Virus record (IMG/VR): IMGVR_UViG_3300032233_001922
DNA: 20,000 bases
From: an uncultured virus (IMG/VR IMGVR_UViG_3300032233_001922)
Lineage: Duplodnaviria; Heunggongvirae; Uroviricota; Caudoviricetes
Reading direction: 5' to 3' (one strand)
A model generated the notes under the pieces. That model saw only the letters and a list, made by a program, of their open reading frames with translations. It was not told the origin of the DNA and ran no database searches. Each line of letters opens with the position of its first letter. Within the stretch, counting starts at the first letter, position 1. Shown here piece by piece: positions 1 through 9,400 of this stretch. The position numbers and the translations under genes were made by a program.

Positions 1-2089
1 ATTTTTCAGAAAAACCTATTTTTTCCAAACCTTGATACGTTACTAAAGTAATAGTATATTCTGGAATTTCTTTATTTTCTACGCTTCTGTTAGTTCCTAA
101 ATTGAACCAATCATTTAATTTGTATTTAGAACCAGTTAAAGCACCATTGACAAAATGTGAATCCTTGAAAGCAACTGTATTTCGTTCAGCACCGTTAGTC
201 CAATAACCGAACATTTCGTAAATCCAGTTTTTATAAACTTGTTTAGGTACGGCAATTAACGGTCTTTTTATTGACCCTTGTTTTAGCAACATTGCTAAGT
301 TATGAATAGCAGTCAATGTTTTACCAAAACCAACATCATAAGCAAGGCATCCAGAATTGTTAATATTTAAAAACGCTAAACCGTTTCTTTGAACTGGTTT
401 TAATCTAAAATTATCTAAATTAAAAATCTTATTGTTAGCTTCAAAACCTACTGGAACTTTACTTAAATCGTAAGTAACAAAATTGTTGAATGATTTATTG
501 AAAATTAAATTTAAACCCATTAAATCGGCTCTTGTCAATGCAGTAGCCAAAAATTCAGAATAATATTTATCGCCTTCAATTTTAGCTAAAATACGTCTTT
601 CGTCTTTTTCTTTTTCTTGGTCTTTTTTATTTTTTTCTTTTGATGCTTCAGACAAAAATACATTTCCATTTCTGAAATATAAGTTTTTAATGTCATCTAC
701 TGTGGTTTTGTCAAGCATATTGTTATTCACATTATAGCCAAACCAAATTTCGTATGCTTCAAATAAACTTACAGATTTTTTACCATAATCTTTACCATAA
801 TCAACTTGTTTTTTTCGTCTATTATTGCGGTCATAATCGTCATAATGTCTTTGAATAGAAACACCACTATCTACATCTAAATCAACAATCATAAATGAAT
901 GTGATAAATCGTTTTCTTTAGACAAATATGGTCGTTCAGAAACAATAGTATTTCCAAAGTCAAAATTATATTTAGTTTTCAAAGCGTTATCAATTAAAGA
1001 TTCTTGCCATTGAGCAACCTCAATACCAAATTTTTCAATTAACAAATTTTTGTAACCACCTTCAAATTTATCAGTTTCACGGTTATATTTACCAACAAAT
1101 TTTTCTTTAATTTCAAAAATATCCCCAAAAACATACATATAAATAGGCACATAATCATCCCCATCGTAACATAATCCTTTTTGTTTCACAAGGTTTACAA
1201 GTTCCGCTTCATCAACAGTAGCAAATGAATCTACCTCTTTAAAATTTCTCTCACTTGCATAATACAATTCTTTGTTTTCATTTTTGATTACCCAAAAAAC
1301 CTCATTATCATATTCGTTTTTAAATTTTGTTTTAACACCTAAAAGCGTTCCAGTAGGCACGTTCTTAATGTCTTGAAATTGTTGATTTTTTAAATAAAAA
1401 CTTTGTGTAGCATAAGCTAATCTACCTCTGTTAGTTTTAGAAGGCAAAAACCATTTTTCCCAACCAAACATCGGAGAACCAAATTTCTGTTTATAGTAAA
1501 CGTACCCTTTAATTTCTGGAGTAGTTATCGTTGGACTATAAATTTTTAAACTTTCCTCAATTGTCAATATTTCTGCAACATCGCTTTTCGGCTCTTTTTC
1601 AAAATTTAAAATTTTATTTGATATTGCTACTTCTTTATTAGTCATATTTTCTATTCTTTTTTCTTTCCTAACAGTTTCTTTTACGGTTTCTTTTACGGTT
1701 TCTTTTACGGTTTCTTTTTGCGTTGGCGATTCTTTTTCACTTGAAGCACCAACAACTTTTTGAATTTCGTAAGGTATAATAGAATTAATATCATTTATGT
1801 TACCAACTGTTATAACTGGATTAATAAACCCACTACCTTGTTTCTCTTTACTTAAAATTTTGTTGTTTTCAGTATAGAACCACGCACTAAACAATGACTT
1901 ATCATAATCTGTATCTACTTGCCCCTTAGTTTCAGTCAAATATTTGTCAAATAGTTGCTCAAATTCATCTTTTAAATTATCGGGTATAAAACCATAAGAT
2001 AAACCTAAATTTTCTGGGGTTTCTTCTCCCTTATATTTTCTTAACAATTCGTAAATTGCTTTATTTCTCGCTATTGCTTTATTATTCAT
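1..2089 (-). CDS. SNF2/SF2-type helicase, DarB/polyvalent-protein-like (5' part; runs off the window)
   Basis: Not in the ORF track because it is open at the edge. ATG at 2089 (MNNKAIARNKAIYELL...) overlaps the stop of the 70-aa ORF. Manual translation near 200-410 gives LKPVQRNGLAFLNINNSGCLAYDVGFGKTLTAI...RPLIAVPKQVYKNW, i.e. Q motif, motif I (DVGxGKT) and motif Ia. Confidence 0.85.
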   Translation of the reverse strand, partial: MNNKAIARNKAIYELLRKYKGEETPENLGLSYGFIPDNLKDEFEQLFDKYLTETKGQVDTDYDKSLFSAWFYTENNKILSKEKQGSGFINPVITVGNINDINSIIPYEIQKVVGASSEKESPTQKETVKETVKETVKETVRKEKRIENMTNKEVAISNKILNFEKEPKSDVAEILTIEESLKIYSPTITTPEIKGYVYYKQKFGSPMFGWEKWFLPSKTNRGRLAYATQSFYLKNQQFQDIKNVPTGTLLGVKTKFKNEYDNEVFWVIKNENKELYYASERNFKEVDSFATVDEAELVNLVKQKGLCYDGDDYVPIYMYVFGDIFEIKEKFVGKYNRETDKFEGGYKNLLIEKFGIEVAQWQESLIDNALKTKYNFDFGNTIVSERPYLSKENDLSHSFMIVDLDVDSGVSIQRHYDDYDRNNRRKKQVDYGKDYGKKSVSLFEAYEIWFGYNVNNNMLDKTTVDDIKNLYFRNGNVFLSEASKEKNKKDQEKEKDERRILAKIEGDKYYSEFLATALTRADLMGLNLIFNKSFNNFVTYDLSKVPVGFEANNKIFNLDNFRLKPVQRNGLAFLNINNSGCLAYDVGFGKTLTAIHNLAMLLKQGSIKRPLIAVPKQVYKNWIYEMFGYWTNGAERNTVAFKDSHFVNGALTGSKYKLNDWFNLGTNRSVENKEIPEYTITLVTYQGLEKIGFSEK
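1671..1718 (-). repeat. 4 x 12-bp tandem repeat encoding (KETV)4 in the helicase ORF
   Basis: acagtttctttt followed by three copies of acggtttctttt. Confidence 0.9.
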
Positions 2090-2294
2090 TCTGAAACCCT
2101 TTAAGTGTTACTTCTACATCTGCAAGTACATTGGCAAAATTCCAACTTGGAAATTGCTCTAATCTATTGTAAATCATATTTACAACCAATTCCCTACCAT
2201 CTTTAAACTTTAGTTTATCAGATATTCGGTTGTATTGTTCGGAATCAAGATTATCTAATACCTTATTGATATTGTCTTTTATTTTTGCGTTCAT
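2082..2294 (-). CDS. hypothetical protein (70 aa)
   Basis: ORF abuts the upstream gene and overlaps the helicase start, suggesting translational coupling. Confidence 0.75.
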   Translation of the reverse strand: MNAKIKDNINKVLDNLDSEQYNRISDKLKFKDGRELVVNMIYNRLEQFPSWNFANVLADVEVTLKGFQNE

Positions 2295-2295
2295 T

Positions 2296-5022
2296 TTACT
2301 TTTTTCTTAAAATTAATATATCAGTTCCAATTTGTGTTTTTTCAAAAATATTAGAAGGCAACCTATAAGCATCTACCAACTCGGCAATTTCAAATATTTG
2401 TTTTTTAATTTCGTTATACGCTATACCGTTTCTCATAAATGAACTTGGAATTAAATAAACTCCTAAACCGCCCTTTTTAAGCAAATGTAACGACTGCAAA
2501 ATAAAAAAGTGTTCTACTTGACCTTTAAAACTAAAATAGCTTGAATATAAGCCAGAAAACTTACCGTAAGGAGGGTTTGCTACAACTAAATCAAAAGGTG
2601 CGTTCTTTAACCACGTTTCAGTTCCTTTTCTATTAAGTAATGTATTAAATCGAGGTTCTTTTAAAAATGCTTTTTCAAAATTGAAGTTATGCAACTCGGC
2701 ATTTGGAAATTCTCTTTCAAGTATTTTAAAATTATCTTTACTAATCTCAAAAGCAGTAATATTAGCATCTTTTAAATTTTTAATTAATCTACCGCTTCCC
2801 GTTGCTGGTTCTAAAACATTTCCACCTTTAAATCCATAATGTTGTGCTAAAGCTAACATTTTATCAGCAACTATTTGAGGTGTGAAAAATTCGTATAACT
2901 TACCTTTGCCTTGCTTACTACCTTCGGATTCAAAAGACTTTTCTTTTTTAGAACCTAAATTATCTTTTTTCGGTTCGTCTTTGATTTCATTTTCAAGCGC
3001 TAACCTACCATTTTTTATTTCTTCAAGAAATTTTACTCCCGACATTGGTTGAGTTTTCATTATTCCTTTATCGTCTGAAATAAAAAGATTTACAAAATAA
3101 CCTCTACGCTTGTCAAATTCTAATTTTACTCTTGCTTTTAAATTTAAGTTACCTATTTTGTAATCTAAAATTTTACCATCAAAATCTTTAATTTCAGTAA
3201 TAGGACAAAGTGAGTAATGTTCCATTTCTTTTATTGGAAGCGGTTTTGAATAAGTTACAACACCATATTGATAATTTTGTTGAGTAAACCTCAAAAAGTT
3301 ATCTTTTGGGTATGTTCCAATATCAAACGGTCTAACTGTTAAAACATATTCGTATTCATTGTCAATCGCACCACCATCGGCATATATACCACTATAGCCA
3401 CCTACTGCACCATCTACTTCAACATCAAGTAAATCATTGTAATTGTTCAAATCCCTTGAAGGACTGTTACCGCTTTTGGCATCTTTAACTAAACTTTCAG
3501 TTTTCCCACCATTAGCCATTTTTTCAAAATTATAGTTTTTGTAATTTCTGTCTTTAAAGTTTTTTGATTTGAATATTTTTGAATCTCTATTATCCGAATC
3601 CTCTGTAATTTCAGCGTAATATTCTATATGGTTTGGCGTTTCAATAGTAAAATTATAAACTTCAAATCCGTTTTTTGTTTCTCCTTTAAAAGTTCCAGTA
3701 GTCCACCTATTAGTATTATTCCATCTTGCATCAACTTTACTCCCTATTTTTGGTAAATTTTGTTTAACTTCTCCACCTTTTTTGTAAATACCTTTTTTTT
3801 CTGGATATAATTCATAATATCTTTTTTCAGTACCTATCCATAAAGGAATTTTTGAATTTTCTATTTCATTGTTTTCAATGTAATTGTGAACATCTTTTTC
3901 ATTGTGAAAAACTTTATCTACATTTTCAATAAAAATATTATTTCTATTTTCGGAAGTCGTATAAACGCTCAATCCTAAATAAGTGTGGTATCTATTATTT
4001 TCATTATGATTAGATTCTCTAACATTAGAAACTCTATCATATAATTGTAAATCTTTTTTGGTTAAATCTGAAATATTATCTAAACTTCCACCTTTTTTCA
4101 ACCCAGCTTTTTTAAGTAAAGTATAATATTCTGGATTTTCAAATAAATGGTCTTTTACAATTTTCATTTGTTCACGTTTGCTTGAAGTGTGTTCGCTTTC
4201 CGCTTCCATACCTAAACGAACTTGTTTTTTTAATTCAGCTAAAGGCACTTGATGAATATCCGTAATATCCCTTAATGAAAAACTTTCGGCTAAATGACCG
4301 CCACTTTTATATTCTTCTTCTTCTTCATATCCGTAATCTCCAGCAGTATTTAATGCTCTAAAACTTTCCGAATCTATTGAATAACATTGCTCTTGACTTA
4401 ATTCATCAGTTACCTCTGTTAATTCACTTTGTAATTTATCTTGTTCAGATATTAATTTTGCTCTTTCTTTAAAAGACAAATCCCCATCGTATGAATAGAC
4501 ATCATTACCCAAATTCATTTTTTCTATTTCTAAAATCCTATTTGATAGTTTTTTAACTTTATTTATAATTCTTAATGGCACTTTAAGTAAATGACCTCCA
4601 CCATTCATTTGCATCATAATTTCGTGGTCTGTCATAGTCTTACCACCGTACTTGTAACTTGCTCCAGTATGTTTAATGCTTTTAGGCATTTCCCCACCAT
4701 CGGCAAAAGAAACACCGCCACCACGTTTATTTATTTCTGATAAAATTTCACGGTTCGTGAGCATCTTGCCTTCAAACTCTCTTTTTGTAGTATCGCTTAC
4801 CGCTGGGGCAGTAATAACAACTTCTCCACCTTGCATCTCAAGTGGTTGCCCAGTTGATTTATTAACTGCTTTAATACCGCCTTCTGCGTGAGTTCTACCA
4901 ACTAAATAGCCAGACAAAGAACCCTTGTTGTGTATCATTGTTTGACCTTCTCTTTTACCAACAAGCACACCACCAGTCGGAGTTGCTTCTGCTTTATTTT
5001 CGGTTAAATTTTCTTTTCTCAT
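2296..5022 (-). CDS. Modular protein: N-terminal GxxHxxGG module, DUF5661-like region, DarA C-terminal-like domain, C-terminal N6-adenine DNA methyltransferase
   Basis: MTase motifs EFFTP, VLEPATGSG, VVANPPY, LKKGG (about 2296-2900). YVLTVRPFDIGTYPK...YGVVTYSKPL...YSL (about 3200-3356) resembles DarA_C. LGMEAESEHT...IVKDHLFENPEYYTLL (about 4100-4260) resembles DUF5661. Start moved to ATG 5022 because a promoter occupies 5043-5073. Confidence 0.85.
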   Translation of the reverse strand: MRKENLTENKAEATPTGGVLVGKREGQTMIHNKGSLSGYLVGRTHAEGGIKAVNKSTGQPLEMQGGEVVITAPAVSDTTKREFEGKMLTNREILSEINKRGGGVSFADGGEMPKSIKHTGASYKYGGKTMTDHEIMMQMNGGGHLLKVPLRIINKVKKLSNRILEIEKMNLGNDVYSYDGDLSFKERAKLISEQDKLQSELTEVTDELSQEQCYSIDSESFRALNTAGDYGYEEEEEYKSGGHLAESFSLRDITDIHQVPLAELKKQVRLGMEAESEHTSSKREQMKIVKDHLFENPEYYTLLKKAGLKKGGSLDNISDLTKKDLQLYDRVSNVRESNHNENNRYHTYLGLSVYTTSENRNNIFIENVDKVFHNEKDVHNYIENNEIENSKIPLWIGTEKRYYELYPEKKGIYKKGGEVKQNLPKIGSKVDARWNNTNRWTTGTFKGETKNGFEVYNFTIETPNHIEYYAEITEDSDNRDSKIFKSKNFKDRNYKNYNFEKMANGGKTESLVKDAKSGNSPSRDLNNYNDLLDVEVDGAVGGYSGIYADGGAIDNEYEYVLTVRPFDIGTYPKDNFLRFTQQNYQYGVVTYSKPLPIKEMEHYSLCPITEIKDFDGKILDYKIGNLNLKARVKLEFDKRRGYFVNLFISDDKGIMKTQPMSGVKFLEEIKNGRLALENEIKDEPKKDNLGSKKEKSFESEGSKQGKGKLYEFFTPQIVADKMLALAQHYGFKGGNVLEPATGSGRLIKNLKDANITAFEISKDNFKILEREFPNAELHNFNFEKAFLKEPRFNTLLNRKGTETWLKNAPFDLVVANPPYGKFSGLYSSYFSFKGQVEHFFILQSLHLLKKGGLGVYLIPSSFMRNGIAYNEIKKQIFEIAELVDAYRLPSNIFEKTQIGTDILILRKK

Positions 5023-5042
5023 ATTTTTATCATAATAAAAAA

Positions 5043-5073
5043 CAAATATAATCAATGTAATTGAAACTACAAA
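5043..5073 (-). promoter_or_regulatory. Bacteroidota sigma-A promoter for the modular MTase/helicase operon
   Basis: Minus strand TTTG (5073-5070), 19-nt spacer, TATATTTG (5050-5043), matching TTTG-N19-21-TAnnTTTG. Confidence 0.75.
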
Positions 5074-5163
5074 AATATATTATTTAAAATAAAAATTTAA
5101 AAGTTCTTTTAGGTTTAAATAATAACTTGAACAACAGTTAGTTTTCTTTTAATTTTACTATCA

Positions 5164-5196
5164 TTTGTAATATTATTTATTTTTTAGTTACATTTG
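5164..5196 (+). promoter_or_regulatory. Bacteroidota sigma-A promoter for the plus-strand micro-gene
   Basis: TTTG (5164-5167), 21-nt spacer, TACATTTG (5189-5196). Confidence 0.7.
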
Positions 5197-5226
5197 TTCA
5201 ATTAATATTAATTAAAATTAGAAATT

Positions 5227-5340
5227 ATGTCAGATTTATTCAACATCAAAAGTCCAAATTATCTTGGTGGAGTTAATGTCCACAACACTTTGGCTTTGTT
5301 AGGGATAGGTTATTTAGTGTGGAAAGCATACAAAAAATAA
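5227..5340 (+). CDS. 37-aa small hydrophobic protein MSDLFNIKSPNYLGGVNVHNTLALLGIGYLVWKAYKK
   Basis: Manual translation; has its own promoter, an AT-rich leader and a terminator; hydrophobic segment with a basic C-terminus. Confidence 0.65.
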   Translation: MSDLFNIKSPNYLGGVNVHNTLALLGIGYLVWKAYKK

Positions 5341-5362
5341 TATCTCTTTAGAAAGGAAAAAG

Positions 5363-5393
5363 AAAAAGCCACTCAATCCGAGTGGCTTTTTTT
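5363..5393. terminator. Bidirectional intrinsic terminator
   Basis: aaaaaGCCACTC-aatcc-GAGTGGCttttttt hairpin flanked by A and T tracts, between convergent genes. Confidence 0.85.
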
Positions 5394-5562
5394 CGTTAAT
5401 GCTAAAAACTATACAATCCTTCTAAAAAAACATCAACTTCCTACTTACTATATACTTGGCTCGGCTATCCACGATTATACGCATTTTATCTGAAACTTCA
5501 ATAGATTGTTGACTGCCCACTTCTACCTACTCAAATAGTTTTTTTTTAAAAAAAATTAAGTA

Positions 5563-6282
5563 TTAAAACTTAAAATTCAATGATGTATTTAACGTAATAT
5601 TGTTGTAATCAATGATGTAAGAATCTCTAAAACTAGAATTTTGATTGTCGATATTAACTACTTGATTTTCAATTAAAAATGACCCTTTAAAATATTCTGC
5701 ATCAATACCTAAAAATATGTTCTTTGTCAATTTAATAGACAACCCAGCGGATGTAGTATATACAAATGAATTTGTTTTCGCTTCTTCTAGCGTGACAAAA
5801 AATCCAGATGTGCTTTGAAAATTTTCTTTAGGAGAAACAAAACCTCCGCTTCCACCATATATTTTAAGAGATAGATTTAATTTTTTTCTTTTATCAAGAT
5901 ATTTATTATATGAAATACCTAATAAATAAGATGAAAGTTCATATTTATTAGCACTTGAACTCCAGCTCCCTAACGAACTTGGCAATGAATTAGATATGTC
6001 TTTTGAATCAGAATCTAAGTTGTCATAAGGATTGTTTATTTTTGAGTATTTTAACTCTAACGCAATAAAATGACTTTGTTTAGTAGATATTTCTCTTGCA
6101 TACGAAAAAGAAATATTTGAACCATTTGAAGCGTAAACATCCCCTTCTGGATTGGATGTAAAACTGGGAACTGAAATTCCGTAAGATACAGAAATGTTGT
6201 TTTTTAAAGGTTTAATGTCTTGTGAGTTCACAAACATTGGAAAAACTAACAATAATACAAGTAACATTTTTTTTGTTTTCAT
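5563..6282 (-). CDS. Outer-membrane beta-barrel protein (moron-like)
   Basis: Sec signal peptide (MKTKKMLLVLLLVFPMFVNSQ), alternating amphipathic strands, C-terminal LNFKF; a TATCTTTG -7 box lies at 6323-6316. Confidence 0.75.
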   Translation of the reverse strand: MKTKKMLLVLLLVFPMFVNSQDIKPLKNNISVSYGISVPSFTSNPEGDVYASNGSNISFSYAREISTKQSHFIALELKYSKINNPYDNLDSDSKDISNSLPSSLGSWSSSANKYELSSYLLGISYNKYLDKRKKLNLSLKIYGGSGGFVSPKENFQSTSGFFVTLEEAKTNSFVYTTSAGLSIKLTKNIFLGIDAEYFKGSFLIENQVVNIDNQNSSFRDSYIIDYNNITLNTSLNFKF

Positions 6283-6461
6283 TTTTGATTTTTTTTAAGT
6301 TTAAATTTCTTAGACCAAAGATATATTTGTTTTTGGTACGTTTGTATTTTGGTTCGTTAAATTTTTGTTAATTATTTATTTTGTTAATTCAGTCATCGGA
6401 ACTTCCCTACTTTATGTACAATTTTTCAGAAAGTTCCACTACTTACCATTAACGCAGTTTT

Positions 6462-7739
6462 TTATTTTACTAATTTGTCTATAATCGCTTTGAATTGTTT
6501 TGCAATACCCTCCCACTTCATAGCGGAAACTTTGTTGTAAGCATTTTCTACTTTATCTTTTACCATTTCTTGTAATTCTAGTTGGTCGTTTGGCAAATTG
6601 TAAACAACCTCACATAAAGTTTTAACTTCCATTGGATTTGTAGTAAGTCTTATTTTTTCAAAGTCATTTACAAACACCGCTTGTTGGCTAAACATAAAAT
6701 TCAAAGTGTTCTCTCCATTGTCGGTTATTTCCGTAATAGAAGTATGCTTTGGACAAACCACAAGTGTTTTTGTAGCCATTGCTTCGGTAATTGTCAATCC
6801 CCAACCTTCCGCAGTTGTAGTTGTAATAAAACAATCGAATGAATTGTAAATTTTATTCAATTCCTCTAAAGTACAACCTTTATTTTCTGAATAGTCTTTT
6901 GGCAGTATTACATCTTTACCAACTTCTAATCCTACTCTATCACATAATCTGTAAATGTTTATTCCCATTGGGTCTAAAGGGTTGCAATGTAAATAAAGTA
7001 AGGCATTAGCACCGCTTGTGTGTTTGAACATAGCAAACCCCATAATTAAGCTACCAAAATCCTTTCTTACTTGATTTCTATTTACACTACCAAATACAAA
7101 CACATCTTCACTTCCGAAAAGTTCTTTTTTTGCTTTTAGTTTATCAGCATCAGAATAAGGGTAAAAATCGCTTGTATTAGTTCCGTGCGGTATAATCTTA
7201 ATCTTTTTGAATTGCGTGTCAGAAATCAAAGGTTTCATCACGCCTTTTGCGTATTGAGTGTATGTAATTACTTCATCAAAGAAATTTAAAACTTTTAAAT
7301 CGGCTAATCTTGGCTCACTATCTATTGGAAAGTAAATCATTGATTTAAAGTTTGGTCGATTTTCTTTTCTTTTAGTGTTCTTTACTTCTAATAGTTGCTC
7401 CGACATTGCGTTAATTACCTCTACATCTTGTAAAAAAAACAAAGCGTCAAAGTCGTTTTGATAAATCAATTTCAGCAACTCTATTCTTCTGTAAACATCT
7501 GCTCTTGTATCTTTGTCGCCAGTCTGTAAAGCTGGTATAACTTTTACGTTTGGTAGATAATCATAAGTTGCTTTGCTTCTGTCGTTAAGTCCAAAAATAA
7601 CAATGCTTAATTTTTTGTCTTTTGCCCATTCATCTACAAGTTCTTTAGCTACTGCACCAAACCCAGTTGTGCAATTCCAATCAGCATATACTAATAATGA
7701 TTTTTGTTTAACCTCTTTTTTGCGGTGTACGACTTTCAT
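6462..7739 (-). CDS. Glycosyltransferase, GT-B fold (GT4-like)
   Basis: TGFG N-terminal motif, IPHG, VNRNQVRKD, EGWGLTITEAMA (Ex7E motif). Confidence 0.9.
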   Translation of the reverse strand: MKVVHRKKEVKQKSLLVYADWNCTTGFGAVAKELVDEWAKDKKLSIVIFGLNDRSKATYDYLPNVKVIPALQTGDKDTRADVYRRIELLKLIYQNDFDALFFLQDVEVINAMSEQLLEVKNTKRKENRPNFKSMIYFPIDSEPRLADLKVLNFFDEVITYTQYAKGVMKPLISDTQFKKIKIIPHGTNTSDFYPYSDADKLKAKKELFGSEDVFVFGSVNRNQVRKDFGSLIMGFAMFKHTSGANALLYLHCNPLDPMGINIYRLCDRVGLEVGKDVILPKDYSENKGCTLEELNKIYNSFDCFITTTTAEGWGLTITEAMATKTLVVCPKHTSITEITDNGENTLNFMFSQQAVFVNDFEKIRLTTNPMEVKTLCEVVYNLPNDQLELQEMVKDKVENAYNKVSAMKWEGIAKQFKAIIDKLVK

Positions 7740-7779
7740 AATTTGTTGTTTTTAAGTTTCTTATTGCAAATATAATAAA

Positions 7780-8406
7780 TTAATCTATTCCTTGTTCTCT
7801 CCTATCAGACAAACTCATAACATTATAAGTTGGAGGGCAATTTTCTGCTTTTTTGTGTTTACCATTCTGCATCATATTTTGTATCAAAGCGAAATCATGA
7901 CCATATTCTGCATCGTGAATAGGCATTTGTTTTAAAAAGTCAGTTCTTACGATTAATTCGCTATGCCCTATCATACCATATTGCAGTTGTGCATTTCTTA
8001 TTGCGTTTCTCGGTGCGACAAAACTATCAAAATAAACAAAATCTAAATCAGTTCCTTCTATTTGAGAAAGGTAGTTCTCAAAATGATTCGGTAATATAAT
8101 GTCATCATTGGCAAAGAAAGTAAAGTATTTACCTTCTGCTAATCCTATGTTAATATTTGTAATTGCAAATCCGTGTCCTCCTTTATTTATTGGATTATTG
8201 GCTATATAAAAATGATTTCCTTTAGCTTGACAATCATTCACAATATCATTAAAATATCCACTATCAATAAAATCTTGCATTACTGGACAACCATCTCCAA
8301 TTACAAGTGCTTCCCAATTATTAGCGGTTTGATTGGCAATACATTCTATTGCTCTTATAGTTCTTTGCGGTCTGCCAAAGCAAGGCATTGATACTGTTAA
8401 TCTCAT
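7780..8406 (-). CDS. Glycosyltransferase family 2 (GT-A)
   Basis: LTVSMPCFGR, IANQT..WEALVIGDG, FFANDDIILPNH. Confidence 0.85.
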   Translation of the reverse strand: MRLTVSMPCFGRPQRTIRAIECIANQTANNWEALVIGDGCPVMQDFIDSGYFNDIVNDCQAKGNHFYIANNPINKGGHGFAITNINIGLAEGKYFTFFANDDIILPNHFENYLSQIEGTDLDFVYFDSFVAPRNAIRNAQLQYGMIGHSELIVRTDFLKQMPIHDAEYGHDFALIQNMMQNGKHKKAENCPPTYNVMSLSDRREQGID

Positions 8407-8633
8407 AGTTGTTTTTCTTTTTTATATTCTATTTCTTGTATTCCAGATGGATATGCAATTAATACAAATTCTTCATTAAAATAATTCTCGTATTCGATTT
8501 TAAATCTTCCGTTTGACATTTGTGTTATTATGCAATAAGGTTCATAAACTCCTTTGTGGCAATCTCTTTTTTGAACTCCTTTAGGTCTTGGAACATAATT
8601 AACTCCGCAAACTCTTATGTAATGTAATTCCAT
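8403..8633 (-). CDS. hypothetical protein (76 aa)
   Basis: ORF with ATGA overlap to the next gene. Confidence 0.65.
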   Translation of the reverse strand: MELHYIRVCGVNYVPRPKGVQKRDCHKGVYEPYCIITQMSNGRFKIEYENYFNEEFVLIAYPSGIQEIEYKKEKQL

Positions 8634-8637
8634 AATT

Positions 8638-8718
8638 TTATTTATCTTTTTTCACATATCCAACTAACACAAACTTTCCGTAGCACCATTTGTAGTATGG
8701 TATTTCATCTTCTTTCAT
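8638..8718 (-). CDS. micro-ORF (26 aa, MKEDEIPYYKWCYGKFVLVGYVKKDK)
   Basis: Fills the gap; its ATG overlaps the TGA of the LpxA-like gene. Confidence 0.45.
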   Translation of the reverse strand: MKEDEIPYYKWCYGKFVLVGYVKKDK

Positions 8719-9398
8719 AACTCCAAACTTTCAAATACATTACAAATTCTGTTTACCGCTTCTCCAGTAAAGTTTTGTTTATGATAATCATTTTCCTTTA
8801 TGTACTTGGCTGGATTGCCAACGTAAACTCCAAAGCATTGTGGTTGTAGTTTTTTAGGTATGATAGCACCCATACCAATCATTGCGTAACTTCCTATTTT
8901 AGAAAATTGATGACAAATGCTCCCTAAACCCATATTTACCGAATAACCCAATAGGGAATGACCGCCAATTAATACATTACAACTAATTGTGCAATTATCA
9001 TAAATCGTTGAATCGTGTCCAACGTGGCTACCTCTTAGCATAATGATATTATTGTATAATATGGTTGGTTTCTCGCATCCAGCGTTAATAGTTACATATT
9101 CACGAATTACGTTATTATTTCCAATTTCAACCCCTTTGTTTGGCTCTCCAAAGAACTCTTTGTGTTCTGGTTCTGTACCGATTGAACAAAACGCTTCAAA
9201 TCGGTTGTTACTTCCTATTTTAGTGTTGCCAGTTATTACACAAAAAGCACCAATGTAATTATCATCTCCTAACTGAACATCATCTCCAATAATTGCAGTA
9301 GGGTGTATGAAGTTGCCACCACCTCTAATTATAAATTTATAACTTCCGTTAAGAGTTGAGTGTTGATTTTTGTTTTGATATGGTGTAGTATCTTCCAT
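8715..9398 (-). CDS. LpxA-like hexapeptide-repeat acyltransferase
   Basis: IHPTAIIG, IGNNNVIREYVTINAG, SHVGHDS, LIGGH, HQFSKIGSYAMIG parallel the LpxA motifs; the C-terminal helical domain appears absent. Confidence 0.85.
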   Translation of the reverse strand: MEDTTPYQNKNQHSTLNGSYKFIIRGGGNFIHPTAIIGDDVQLGDDNYIGAFCVITGNTKIGSNNRFEAFCSIGTEPEHKEFFGEPNKGVEIGNNNVIREYVTINAGCEKPTILYNNIIMLRGSHVGHDSTIYDNCTISCNVLIGGHSLLGYSVNMGLGSICHQFSKIGSYAMIGMGAIIPKKLQPQCFGVYVGNPAKYIKENDYHKQNFTGEAVNRICNVFESLEL

Positions 9399-9400
9399 AA

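Noticed and set aside
2296..2900. MTase plus helicase as a type I/III restriction-modification system
   Set aside because: No specificity subunit or nuclease is visible; domain context fits DarB/polyvalent phage proteins better, although the helicase C-terminus is outside the window.
5395..5560. Structured ncRNA between the terminator and the beta-barrel gene
   Set aside because: I could not identify a convincing fold or family by eye.
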